Shown here: in pieces, positions 40,191 through 50,002 of the stretch
How positions within the stretch are numbered: the first letter of the stretch is position 1
Layout: each line of letters starts with the position of its first letter
Translations under genes and position numbers: made by a program
Notes under the pieces: model-generated
Database searches by the model: none
What the model saw: only the letters and a program-made list of their open reading frames with translations
What the model was told of the DNA's origin: nothing
Source: Escherichia coli
GTDB lineage: Bacteria > Pseudomonadota > Gammaproteobacteria > Enterobacterales > Enterobacteriaceae
Length of the DNA: 64,000 bases
Reading direction: 5' to 3' (one strand)
Assembly (NCBI RefSeq): GCF_030384885.1
Contig: NZ_CP128613.1

Positions 40191-42671
40191 ATGTTGAGAA
40201 TGACCCCACTTGCATCAGCAATCGTAGCGTTATTGCTCGGCATTGAAGCTTATGCAGCTGAAGAAACCTTTGATACCCATTTTATGATAGGTGGAATGAA
40301 AGACCAGCAGGTTGCAAATATTCGTCTTGATGATAATCAACCCTTGCCGGGGCAGTATGACATCGATATTTATGTCAATAAGCAATGGCGCGGGAAATAT
40401 GAGATTATTGTTAAAGACAACCCGCAAGAAACATGTTTATCCAGGGAAATTATCAAGCGGTTAGGCATTAATACCGATAACTTTGCCAGCGGTAAGCAAT
40501 GTTTAACATTTGAGCAACTTGTTCACGGTGGGAGCTATACCTGGGATATCGGAGTTTTTCGTCTCGATTTCAGTGTACCGCAGGCGTGGGTGGAAGAACT
40601 GGAAAGTGGCTATGTTCCACCGGAAAACTGGGAGCGGGGTATTAATGCGTTTTATACCTCTTATTATGTGAGTCAGTATTACAGCGACTATAAAGCGTCG
40701 GGTAATAGCAAGAGTACATATGTACGTTTTAACAGCGGGTTAAATTTACTGGGGTGGCAACTGCATTCTGATGCCAGTTTCAGTAAAACAAATAGCAATC
40801 CAGGGGTGTGGAAAAGCAATACCCTGTATCTGGAACGTGGATTTGCCCAACTTCTCGGCACGCTTCGCGTGGGTGATATGTACACATCAAGCGATATTTT
40901 TGATTCTGTTCGCTTCAGCGGTGTGCGGTTGTTTCGTGATATGCAGATGTTGCCTAACTCGAAACAAAATTTTACTCCACGGGTGCAGGGGATTGCTCAG
41001 AGTAACGCGCTGGTAACTATTGAACAGAACGGTTTTGTGGTTTATCAGAAAGAGGTTCCTCCTGGCCCGTTTGCGATTACAGATTTGCAGTTGGCCGGTG
41101 GTGGAGCAGATCTTGATGTCAGCGTGAAAGAGGCGGACGGTTCGGTAACCACCTATCTGGTGCCTTATGCAGCAGTGCCGAATATGCTGCAACCCGGCGT
41201 GTCGAAATATGATTTTGCGGCAGGTCGTAGCCATATTGAAGGGGCGAGCAAACAAAGTGATTTTGTTCAGGCGGGTTATCAGTATGGTTTTAATAACTTA
41301 TTGACGCTGTATGGCGGATCGATGGTCGCGAATAATTATTACGCGTTCACTTTGGGGACTGGCTGGAATACACGCATTGGTGCCATTTCCGTCGATGCCA
41401 CGAAGTCGCATAGTAAACAAGACAACGGCGATGTGTTTGACGGGCAAAGTTATCAAATTGCCTACAACAAATTTGTGAGCCAAACGTCGACGCGTTTTGG
41501 TCTGGCGGCCTGGCGTTATTCGTCGCGTGATTACCGGACATTTAACGATCACGTTTGGGCAAACAATAAAGATAATTATCGCCGTGATGAAAACGATATC
41601 TATGACATTGCCGATTATTACCAGAACGATTTTGGCCGTAAAAATAGCTTTTCTGCCAATATGAGCCAGTCATTGCCAGAAGGCTGGGGTTCTGTGTCCT
41701 TAAGTACGTTATGGCGAGATTACTGGGGGCGTAGCGGCAGCAGTAAGGATTATCAGTTGAGTTATTCCAACAACCTGCGACGGATAAGCTATACCCTCGC
41801 AGCAAGCCAGGCTTATGACGAGAATCATCATGAAGAGAAACGTTTTAATATTTTTATATCGATTCCCTTTGATTGGGGTGATGACGTTACGACGCCTCGT
41901 CGGCAAATATATATGTCTAACTCAACGACATTTGATGATCAGGGTTTTGCCTCAAATAATACGGGATTATCGGGAACCGTTGGAAGCCGGGATCAATTTA
42001 ACTATGGGGTCAACCTGAGTCATCAGCATCAGGGAAATGAAACGACAGCTGGAGCGAATTTAACCTGGAACGCGCCGGTGGCAACGGTGAATGGCAGTTA
42101 TAGTCAGTCGAGTACTTATCGACAGGCTGGAGCCAGTCTTTCAGGGGGCATTGTCGCCTGGTCGGGTGGCGTTAATCTGGCGAACCGTCTTTCCGAAACG
42201 TTTGCTGTGATGAATGCGCCAGGAATTAAAGATGCTTATGTCAATGGGCAAAAATATCGCACAACAAACCGTAATGGAGTGGTGGTATACGACGGAATGA
42301 CACCTTATCGGGAAAATCACCTGATGCTGGATGTGTCGCAAAGCGATAGCGAAGCAGAATTACGTGGCAACCGGAACATTGCCGCCCCTTTTCGCGGCGC
42401 GGTTGTACTGGTTAATTTTGATACCGATCAGCGCAAGCCCTGGTTTATAAAAGCGTTAAGAGCGGATGGGCAACCATTAACGTTTGGTTATGAAGTCAAT
42501 GATATCCACGGTCACAATATTGGTGTTGTCGGTCAGGGAAGCCAGTTATTTATTCGCACTAATGATGTACCGCCATCGGTTAATGTGGCAATTGATAAAC
42601 AACAAGGGCTCTCATGCACAATCACCTTCGGTAAAGAGATTGATGAAAATAGGAACTATATTTGCCAGTAA
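40191..42671 (+). CDS. yehB: Fimbrial outer membrane usher
   Basis: ORF track starts at a TTG (40176); ATG at 40191 with an upstream AGGAG gives 826 aa beginning MLRMTPLASAIVALLLG. Confidence 0.9.
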   Translation: MLRMTPLASAIVALLLGIEAYAAEETFDTHFMIGGMKDQQVANIRLDDNQPLPGQYDIDIYVNKQWRGKYEIIVKDNPQETCLSREIIKRLGINTDNFASGKQCLTFEQLVHGGSYTWDIGVFRLDFSVPQAWVEELESGYVPPENWERGINAFYTSYYVSQYYSDYKASGNSKSTYVRFNSGLNLLGWQLHSDASFSKTNSNPGVWKSNTLYLERGFAQLLGTLRVGDMYTSSDIFDSVRFSGVRLFRDMQMLPNSKQNFTPRVQGIAQSNALVTIEQNGFVVYQKEVPPGPFAITDLQLAGGGADLDVSVKEADGSVTTYLVPYAAVPNMLQPGVSKYDFAAGRSHIEGASKQSDFVQAGYQYGFNNLLTLYGGSMVANNYYAFTLGTGWNTRIGAISVDATKSHSKQDNGDVFDGQSYQIAYNKFVSQTSTRFGLAAWRYSSRDYRTFNDHVWANNKDNYRRDENDIYDIADYYQNDFGRKNSFSANMSQSLPEGWGSVSLSTLWRDYWGRSGSSKDYQLSYSNNLRRISYTLAASQAYDENHHEEKRFNIFISIPFDWGDDVTTPRRQIYMSNSTTFDDQGFASNNTGLSGTVGSRDQFNYGVNLSHQHQGNETTAGANLTWNAPVATVNGSYSQSSTYRQAGASLSGGIVAWSGGVNLANRLSETFAVMNAPGIKDAYVNGQKYRTTNRNGVVVYDGMTPYRENHLMLDVSQSDSEAELRGNRNIAAPFRGAVVLVNFDTDQRKPWFIKALRADGQPLTFGYEVNDIHGHNIGVVGQGSQLFIRTNDVPPSVNVAIDKQQGLSCTITFGKEIDENRNYICQ

Positions 42672-42686
42672 TAATCGGGTGGCTCT

Positions 42687-43721
42687 ATGAAAATTCGCAT
42701 AATGTTATTTATATTAATTATGATGGTAATGCCTGTGAGTTATGCAGCATGTTATGGAGAGTTATCTGCCCAGCATAATTTTGCTGTTCAGGGGGATTTT
42801 GCACTGACTCAAACACAAACGGCAACATATGAGCATAATTTTAATGATTCGTCATGCGTGAGTACAAATACTATCACCCCTATGAGCCCGTCGGATATTA
42901 TTGTTGGACTTTATAACGATACCATTAAATTAAATTTACATTTTGAATGGACCAATAAAAACAACATCACGTTGTCAAATAATCAGACCAGTTTCACCAA
43001 TGGTTATTCGGTAACGGTGACACCTGCGGCCAGTAATGCAAAAGTGAATGTTTCTGCGGGGGGCGGCGGTTCAGTGATGATTAATGGTGTTGCGACATTA
43101 TCCAGTGCTTCATCATCGACACGCGGGAGTGCTGCAGTACAATTTTTACTGTGTTTATTCGGTGGCAAGTCATGGGATGCATGTGTAAATAGCTACAGAA
43201 ATGCATTGGCACAAAATGCAGGTGTCTATTCCTTTAATCTGACATTGTCATACAACCCGATAACCACAACCTGCAAACCGGACGATTTATTAATTACTTT
43301 AGAGAGTATTCCCGTTTCACAATTACCAGCTACAGGTAACAAAGCAACAATAAATAGTAACAAAGGGGATATTGTTCTGCGTTGTAAAAACTTATTAGGT
43401 CAACAAAATCAAACATCACGGAAAATGCAGGTGTATTTATCAAGTTCTGACTTGTTAACCAACAGCAACACAATACTGAAAGGTGCGGAAGATAATGGCG
43501 TAGGATTTATTCTTGAAAGTAATGGTTCTCCAGTCACACTTTTAAATATCACTAACAGCAGTAAAGAATACACAAATTTAAAAGAAATTGCGGCAAAGTC
43601 AAAACTTACAGATACAACGGTTTCAATTCCGATAACTGCCAGTTACTACGTCTACGATACAAATAAAATTAAATCTGGCGCACTGGAGGCAACCGCATTA
43701 ATCAACGTGAAATACGACTAA
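42687..43721 (+). CDS. yehA: Fimbrial adhesin-like protein
   Basis: 344 aa with signal peptide; last gene of the yehDCBA operon. Confidence 0.85.
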   Translation: MKIRIMLFILIMMVMPVSYAACYGELSAQHNFAVQGDFALTQTQTATYEHNFNDSSCVSTNTITPMSPSDIIVGLYNDTIKLNLHFEWTNKNNITLSNNQTSFTNGYSVTVTPAASNAKVNVSAGGGGSVMINGVATLSSASSSTRGSAAVQFLLCLFGGKSWDACVNSYRNALAQNAGVYSFNLTLSYNPITTTCKPDDLLITLESIPVSQLPATGNKATINSNKGDIVLRCKNLLGQQNQTSRKMQVYLSSSDLLTNSNTILKGAEDNGVGFILESNGSPVTLLNITNSSKEYTNLKEIAAKSKLTDTTVSIPITASYYVYDTNKIKSGALEATALINVKYD

Positions 43722-43802
43722 TAACAAGCAAGACGAGCAAGTGGCTAATAATAAAAAATAACAAGGTGTCTGCATTTCCACCTCATGATGAGGGGGCTTT
43801 TT

Positions 43803-44141
43803 TTAGCGATGATAAAAAATCTCACCATCGTAGGCTTTAATGATTTTACCGTCGGTGTCGCTGATCAACACGTACGCGCCACCCATATAGGTCCAGTGCG
43901 TCCCGGCATCAGGCGCGGGCAGGTTACGTAACTGCCACTGCTTAATGTTGTACTCATCGGTGCGGTACATCTCTGGGACGGTATCGCCTGGTTTGAAATG
44001 CTTAAAGTCAGCAATGAAACTGCTTAACTCATACTTAGAAATTCCCGAGGTATTGGTCGAACCCGCGGTGGCTGGTGCGGCCCAGGCGGCACTGGTAACC
44101 AGCAAAAGCACACCCAGCAACATCTTATTTTTAATGGTCAT
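43803..44141 (-). CDS. rcnB: Periplasmic nickel/cobalt homeostasis protein RcnB (YohN)
   Basis: ORF 43803-44321(-); start at 44141 gives 112 aa beginning MTIKNKMLLGVLLLVTSAAWA. Confidence 0.88.
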   Translation of the reverse strand: MTIKNKMLLGVLLLVTSAAWAAPATAGSTNTSGISKYELSSFIADFKHFKPGDTVPEMYRTDEYNIKQWQLRNLPAPDAGTHWTYMGGAYVLISDTDGKIIKAYDGEIFYHR

Positions 44142-44359
44142 AAACTCTCCACTTTGGGGATCTGTAATATCAGTCGCATATCTTTCCTGCCATACAATAT
44201 AACTGACAAGCGATATTTTGTTAGTGATCCCATGATTTCGTAAAAAGTGTAAATGAAAGGATGCCCTAAAAGCATCCTTAGCGAGCAGAGAGCCAGCGGA
44301 AATAGCTGATTTAAGAATCATCCTGGGCTGAAGATAACATGCAAGCCTAAAGGATTGAG

Positions 44360-45181
44360 TTATCGTATTATGCCCATAAAGCCATGTACGCCCATATACA
44401 CACCAACTAAGCCAATCAACAGACTGGAAAAATAGGGGGCGCGTTTAGCGAGAGTGTTAAATCCGCTCCAGCGTTTTGCGACCTGCTGAACGCTGATTGC
44501 TGCGCCAATGCCTACGGTGACCAGCGTTAACGCAAGGCCAATGCTGAAACTGACGACCAGTGTTGCGCCCAGTGTCAGGGCTTTCAACTGAATGCAAATC
44601 AACAGCACGGTAATTGCTGCCGGGCAGGGGATAAGGCCACCGGTTAAGCCAAATAACAAAATTTGCCAGTTGGTGACCTCTCTACCATCGAAGCGTCGTT
44701 TAATGTCATTGGCATGGGCTCGTGCATGAGCATCCTGATACTCCCCATGTTCGTGATGGTGATGATGTCCATGGTCGTGGTGATCTTCGTGATCGTGATG
44801 ATACTCATGATCATGCCCGTGCATATTCTCCAGCCAGTTGCGTTCGCCGCGCCAGGTACGCCAGAACATCCAGAACGCGGTGCCAATAATGATCACCGCG
44901 GAAATCAACTGGAGCCACGGTTCTGCAGATTGAGCAGTAAAACGTTTGCTGATCACCATCCCGCCAAAGGCAATCAACCAGACCACCGCGGTATGCGAAA
45001 TGGTTGCTGCCAGTCCGAGCATCACCGCCTGTTTAATGGTGCCTTTGATGGCGATGATAAACGCCGCCATCATCGTTTTTGAGTGCCCTGGTTCCAGGCC
45101 ATGAAGCGCACCAAGTAAGATGGCGCTGGGGATGAAGAACCAGGCATTTCCTTGCTGAAGAAGAGTGGTAAATTCGGTCAT
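44360..45181 (-). CDS. rcnA: Nickel/cobalt efflux protein RcnA
   Basis: 273 aa membrane protein with His-rich loop HGHDHEYHHDHEDHHDHGHHHHHEHGEY. Confidence 0.93.
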   Translation of the reverse strand: MTEFTTLLQQGNAWFFIPSAILLGALHGLEPGHSKTMMAAFIIAIKGTIKQAVMLGLAATISHTAVVWLIAFGGMVISKRFTAQSAEPWLQLISAVIIIGTAFWMFWRTWRGERNWLENMHGHDHEYHHDHEDHHDHGHHHHHEHGEYQDAHARAHANDIKRRFDGREVTNWQILLFGLTGGLIPCPAAITVLLICIQLKALTLGATLVVSFSIGLALTLVTVGIGAAISVQQVAKRWSGFNTLAKRAPYFSSLLIGLVGVYMGVHGFMGIIR

Positions 45182-45218
45182 GATAATAATTCTTAGTATT
45201 AATTCGGCAATCCGATTC

Positions 45219-45253
45219 TACTCCCCCCCAGTACCTGATACTACCCCCCAGTA
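45219..45253. promoter_or_regulatory. Two tandem RcnR operator sites in the rcnA-rcnR divergent promoter region
   Basis: tactcccccccagta (45219-45233) and tactaccccccagta (45239-45253), i.e. TACT-C(6-7)-AGTA inverted repeats. Confidence 0.8.
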
Positions 45254-45301
45254 GAATAATAGTGCTATGATTTTTCATGTTCTTGTTAACCAGGTGTTGC
45301 C

Positions 45302-45574
45302 ATGTCTCATACAATCCGTGATAAACAGAAACTGAAAGCGCGTGCCAGTAAGATTCAGGGTCAGGTCGTGGCGCTCAAGAAAATGCTCGACGAGCCGCAC
45401 GAATGCGCAGCTGTTCTACAACAGATTGCTGCTATCCGTGGCGCGGTAAACGGCCTGATGCGCGAAGTGATTAAGGGGCATCTGACGGAACACATCGTTC
45501 ACCAGGGGGATGAGCTAAAACGTGAAGAAGATCTGGATGTCGTTCTGAAGGTGTTGGATTCATATATCAAATAA
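45302..45574 (+). CDS. rcnR: Ni/Co-responsive repressor RcnR (CsoR/RcnR family)
   Basis: 90 aa beginning [22 protein letters not shown]. Confidence 0.93.
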
Positions 45575-45667
45575 TTTCACAACGTTATTGTAATCCCGCC
45601 GTTTTTCCTCGTTTACAACGTGTGCGCGGGACATTACCATCCATCTCTGCGATTCATCATCGCAACC

Positions 45668-45790
45668 AAACGACTCGGGGTGCCCTTCTGCGTGAAGGCT
45701 GAGAAATACCCGTATCACCTGATCTGGATAATGCCAGCGTAGGGAAGTCACAGACCACCAGGTCATTGCTTCTTCACGTTATGGCAGGAG
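45668..45790 (+). ncRNA. TPP (thi-box) riboswitch in the thiM leader
   Basis: cgactcggggtgcccttctgcgtgaaggctgagaaatacccgtatcacctgatctggataatgccagcgtagggaagtc matches the thiM TPP aptamer; expression platform runs to the SD of thiM. Confidence 0.9.
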
Positions 45791-45796
45791 CAAACT

Positions 45797-46585
45797 ATGC
45801 AAGTCGACCTGCTGAGTTCCGCGCAATCAGCGCACGCGTTAAACCTCTTTTACCAACACTCTCCTCTTGTGCATTGCATGACCAATGATGTGGTGCAAAC
45901 CTTTACTGCCAATACTTTACTGGTGCTCGGTGCATCGCCAGCGATGGTTATCGAAGCAGAAGAGGCCAGTCAGTTTGCGGCTATCGCCAGTGCCTTGCTA
46001 ATTAACGTCGGCACGCTGACGCAGCCACGCGCACAGGCAATGCGTGCTGCCGTTGAACAGGCAACACACTCCCAAACGCCCTGGACGCTTGATCCGGTCG
46101 CGGTTGGCGCACTCGATTATCGTCGCCATTTTTGTCATGAACTTTTATCTTTTAAACCGGCAGCGATACGTGGTAATGCTTCGGAAATCATGGCATTAGC
46201 TGGCGTTGCTAATGGTGGACGGGGAGTGGACACCACTGACGCCGCGGCTAACGCGATACCTGCTGCACAAACACTGGCACGGGAAACTGGCGCAATCGTC
46301 GTGGTCACTGGCGAGGTGGATTATATTACCGATGGTCGTCGCACCGTTGGCATTCACGGCGGCGATCCGTTAATGACCAAAGTGGTAGGAACTGGCTGTG
46401 CATTATCGGCGGTTGTCGCTGCCTGTTGTGCGTTACCAGGTGATACGCTGGAAAATGTCGCATCTGCCTGTCACTGGATGAAACAAGCCGGAGAACGCGC
46501 CGTCGCCAGAAGTGAAGGGCCTGGCAGTTTTGTTCCCCATTTTCTTGATGCGCTCTGGCAATTGACGCAGGAGGTGCAGGCATGA
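45797..46585 (+). CDS. thiM: Hydroxyethylthiazole kinase
   Basis: 262 aa; start [32 protein letters not shown]. Confidence 0.93.
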   Translation: MQVDLLSSAQSAHALNLFYQHSPLVHCMTNDVVQTFTANTLLVLGASPAMVIEAEEASQFAAIASALLINVGTLTQPRAQAMRAAVEQATHSQTPWTLDPVAVGALDYRRHFCHELLSFKPAAIRGNASEIMALAGVANGGRGVDTTDAAANAIPAAQTLARETGAIVVVTGEVDYITDGRRTVGIHGGDPLMTKVVGTGCALSAVVAACCALPGDTLENVASACHWMKQAGERAVARSEGPGSFVPHFLDALWQLTQEVQA

Positions 46586-47382
46586 AACGAATTAACGCTC
46601 TGACGATTGCCGGTACTGATCCGAGCGGTGGCGCAGGGATTCAGGCCGATCTTAAAACCTTCTCGGCACTTGGCGCTTATGGTTGCTCAGTTATTACTGC
46701 ACTGGTGGCGCAAAATACCCGTGGCGTACAGTCGGTGTATCGCATTGAGCCTGATTTTGTCGCCGCCCAGCTCGATTCGGTGTTCACTGATGTGCGAATC
46801 GACACCACTAAAATCGGTATGTTGGCGGAAACCGATATTGTTGAAGCGGTGGCAGAACGGTTGCAACGTTATCAGATCCAAAACGTGGTACTCGACACCG
46901 TTATGCTGGCAAAAAGCGGCGACCCTCTGCTTTCACCTTCGGCGGTTGCCACGCTGCGCAGTCGATTATTGCCACAGGTTTCATTAATAACGCCAAACTT
47001 GCCCGAAGCTGCCGCCTTGCTCGACGCGCCACACGCGCGCAACGAACAGGAAATGCTGGAACAAGGGCGATCGCTGTTGGCGATGGGTTGTGGCGCAGTG
47101 CTAATGAAAGGTGGTCATCTGGATGATGAGCAAAGCCCGGACTGGCTGTTTACCCGAGAGGGGGAACAACGGTTTACTGCACCGCGCATTATGACCAAAA
47201 ACACCCACGGCACTGGTTGTACGCTCTCTGCGGCGTTGGCTGCACTACGCCCGCGCCATACAAACTGGGCTGACACCGTACAGGAGGCAAAAAGCTGGCT
47301 TTCATCGGCGTTAGCCCAGGCCGACACGCTGGAAGTTGGCGACGGTATTGGTCCGGTTCACCACTTCCACGCCTGGTGGTGA
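46582..47382 (+). CDS. thiD: Hydroxymethylpyrimidine/phosphomethylpyrimidine kinase
   Basis: 266 aa; start overlaps thiM stop; [27 protein letters not shown]. Confidence 0.93.
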   Translation: MKRINALTIAGTDPSGGAGIQADLKTFSALGAYGCSVITALVAQNTRGVQSVYRIEPDFVAAQLDSVFTDVRIDTTKIGMLAETDIVEAVAERLQRYQIQNVVLDTVMLAKSGDPLLSPSAVATLRSRLLPQVSLITPNLPEAAALLDAPHARNEQEMLEQGRSLLAMGCGAVLMKGGHLDDEQSPDWLFTREGEQRFTAPRIMTKNTHGTGCTLSAALAALRPRHTNWADTVQEAKSWLSSALAQADTLEVGDGIGPVHHFHAWW

Positions 47383-47437
47383 GCACCGTACTATAGCTGC
47401 TTTGGTTATTGTCAGTCTTTGGCGCTGACATTCAGGG

Positions 47438-48265
47438 ATGAAACCAATGCAACTGAGAATCACCAGTCGAAAAAAATTCACCGCTTTATTATGCGCTCTG
47501 GGGCTCATTTCTATCGTTGCGATTTATCCGCGTCAGACGGTGAATTTTTTCTATTCGACAGCAATTCAGATTAAAGACTACATCCACTTCTACGGTTATC
47601 GCCCGGTCAAATCTTTTTCTATTCGCATTCCTGCCGCTTATACCATTCACGGAATAGATGTTTCGCGCTGGCAGGAGCGGATCGACTGGCAGCGGGTGGC
47701 TAAAATGCGCGATAACGGTATTCGCTTGCAATTTGCCTTTATCAAGGCGACGGAAGGCGAAAAGCTGGTGGATCCGTATTTTTCGCGTAACTGGCAACTA
47801 AGCCGCGAAAATGGCTTGCTGCGCGGGGCGTATCATTATTTCTCCCCGTCGGTATCCGCTTCAGTTCAGGCGCGATTATTTCTGCAAACGGTGGATTTCT
47901 CACAAGGCGATCTCCCTGCCGTGCTGGACGTAGAAGAACGGGGAAAATTATCGGCAAAAGAATTACGCAAGCGGGTAAGTCAGTGGCTAAAAATGGTCGA
48001 AAAACGCACGGGAAAAAAGCCGATTATTTACTCAGGAGCCGTTTTTTATCACACCAATCTGGCGGGCTATTTCAATGAATATCCGTGGTGGGTGGCTCAC
48101 TATTATCAACGTCGTCCGGACAATGACGGCATGGCCTGGCGCTTCTGGCAGCATTCCGACCGTGGACAGGTAGATGGCATTAATGGTCCGGTGGATTTTA
48201 ATGTGTTTAATGGCACGGTGGAGGAGTTGCAGGCATTCGTTGATGGGATTAAAGAAACGCCTTAA
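47438..48265 (+). CDS. yegX: Glycoside hydrolase family 25 (lysozyme-like) protein YegX
   Basis: 275-aa ORF (start could be 47447); GH25-like sequence with N-terminal membrane anchor. Confidence 0.8.
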   Translation: MKPMQLRITSRKKFTALLCALGLISIVAIYPRQTVNFFYSTAIQIKDYIHFYGYRPVKSFSIRIPAAYTIHGIDVSRWQERIDWQRVAKMRDNGIRLQFAFIKATEGEKLVDPYFSRNWQLSRENGLLRGAYHYFSPSVSASVQARLFLQTVDFSQGDLPAVLDVEERGKLSAKELRKRVSQWLKMVEKRTGKKPIIYSGAVFYHTNLAGYFNEYPWWVAHYYQRRPDNDGMAWRFWQHSDRGQVDGINGPVDFNVFNGTVEELQAFVDGIKETP

Positions 48266-48316
48266 ATAAGAAGCAGTGATATACTCCCACCAGACTCCCT
48301 GGCAGGAAAAAGACAA

Positions 48317-49063
48317 ATGGAACAAGCGCATACCCAGCTGATTGCCCAACTGAACGAACGTATTTTAGCGGCGGATAACACGCCGCTTTATATTAAGTTT
48401 GCCGAAACGGTGAAAAATGCCGTGCGCAGCGGGGTGCTGGAACATGGCAATATTTTACCCGGCGAGCGCGATTTAAGTCAGTTAACTGGCGTTTCGCGCA
48501 TTACGGTGCGCAAGGCGATGCAGGCGCTGGAAGAAGAGGGGGTGGTGACGCGTTCGCGCGGTTATGGCACGCAGATCAACAACATCTTCGAATACTCGTT
48601 GAAAGAAGCGCGAGGTTTTTCTCAGCAGGTGGTATTGCGCGGGAAAAAGCCCGATACGCTATGGGTTAACAAGCGTGTCGTGAAATGTCCCGAAGAAGTC
48701 GCGCAGCAGCTGGCGGTCGAAGCGGGAAGTGATGTCTTTTTGCTTAAGCGTATTCGCTATGTCGATGAAGAAGCGGTATCGATTGAGGAATCGTGGGTTC
48801 CGGCGCATTTAATTCATGATGTTGATGCCATCGGAATTTCTCTTTATGACTACTTCCGCAGCCAGCACATTTACCCACAACGTACCCGTTCCCGCGTTAG
48901 CGCCCGGATGCCGGATGCCGAGTTTCAGTCACATATTCAATTAGATAGTAAAATACCGGTGCTGGTGATCAAGCAAGTGGCGCTTGACCAACAGCAACGG
49001 CCTATTGAGTACAGCATCAGCCACTGTCGCAGTGATCTATACGTTTTTGTGTGCGAGGAGTAG
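48317..49063 (+). CDS. yegW: GntR-family transcriptional regulator YegW
   Basis: 248 aa; N-terminal GntR HTH and UTRA-like C-terminus. Confidence 0.85.
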   Translation: MEQAHTQLIAQLNERILAADNTPLYIKFAETVKNAVRSGVLEHGNILPGERDLSQLTGVSRITVRKAMQALEEEGVVTRSRGYGTQINNIFEYSLKEARGFSQQVVLRGKKPDTLWVNKRVVKCPEEVAQQLAVEAGSDVFLLKRIRYVDEEAVSIEESWVPAHLIHDVDAIGISLYDYFRSQHIYPQRTRSRVSARMPDAEFQSHIQLDSKIPVLVIKQVALDQQQRPIEYSISHCRSDLYVFVCEE

Positions 49064-50002
49064 TTCCTCGCGGGTTGGCGCGCAATCACCGCCGCGATGC
49101 CCGACAACCCACGACGCCACTGCATTGCCCAGCAATACGGCATCCGGCAGTGGCAGACCAGAGGCCAGCCCGGCAAGTACGCCACCGGCATGACTGTCGC
49201 CCGCCCCAATGGTGTCTACAACTTGCGTTGGAAATGCCGGAATGCAGCCAGAAGCGTCGTTGCTGAAATACCATGCGCCTTCTTTATCGAGACGAACGAT
49301 CAACGGCGCGGCAAATTTCTCCTGCCATTGCTTGCCAAGTGTTGTTATCTCTGCGGATAAAGCAAAACGTTCGGCGGCAATCTCAGCCTCCTGACGATTG
49401 AGTGACACTAAAGGTCGACAGGCCATGATCCGCGCCAGTAATGCGTCCGGGATATCGCCAATACGTGGGCCAAAATCGATAAACGGCGTCACGTCTTGCA
49501 GCTTTTCCAGCCATTCCACTAACAATTCGCCGCAGGGCGAGGCCAGTTGATAACCGGAAAAATAGAGCAGGCTGCCAGGCGCAACGGTTAATCGCGCCAA
49601 CCATTGGCGATTCCACTGATTTTCCACACCGCTGAATGACATAAAAGTGCGTTCGCCATCCGGCTCAACCAGCGCCAGACACCAGCCGTTATCACCTTCG
49701 GCGTTATCGATCTGGCTGATTAAGCCCTCTTTTGCCATCCGGTTGCGAATAATCTCCGCCCAAACCCCCTGACCGAGCGGCAAGGCATTACCCGCTTCGA
49801 TGCCGAGGCGCTTTAACGCCACGGCAATATTCAGTGCGCAGCCGCCAACGTTAACGCTCTGCTGTTTCAGTTCGATATCGCACCCACGCCAGGGGAGGGC
49901 ATAAGCGTCGGCGATCACGTCAATGACCGCCGCGCCGACGACCATCACCGGCTGACGCGTGGTTAATTCAGGCAGCAGCGTGTGTAATCGAGCGCCGCTC
50001 AT
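49037..50002 (-). CDS. yegV: PfkB-family sugar/nucleoside kinase YegV
   Basis: 321 aa; ribokinase-like GAGD motif (DTIGAGDSHAGG); 3' end overlaps yegW 3' end by 27 nt. Confidence 0.85.
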   Translation of the reverse strand: MSGARLHTLLPELTTRQPVMVVGAAVIDVIADAYALPWRGCDIELKQQSVNVGGCALNIAVALKRLGIEAGNALPLGQGVWAEIIRNRMAKEGLISQIDNAEGDNGWCLALVEPDGERTFMSFSGVENQWNRQWLARLTVAPGSLLYFSGYQLASPCGELLVEWLEKLQDVTPFIDFGPRIGDIPDALLARIMACRPLVSLNRQEAEIAAERFALSAEITTLGKQWQEKFAAPLIVRLDKEGAWYFSNDASGCIPAFPTQVVDTIGAGDSHAGGVLAGLASGLPLPDAVLLGNAVASWVVGHRGGDCAPTREELLLAHKNV

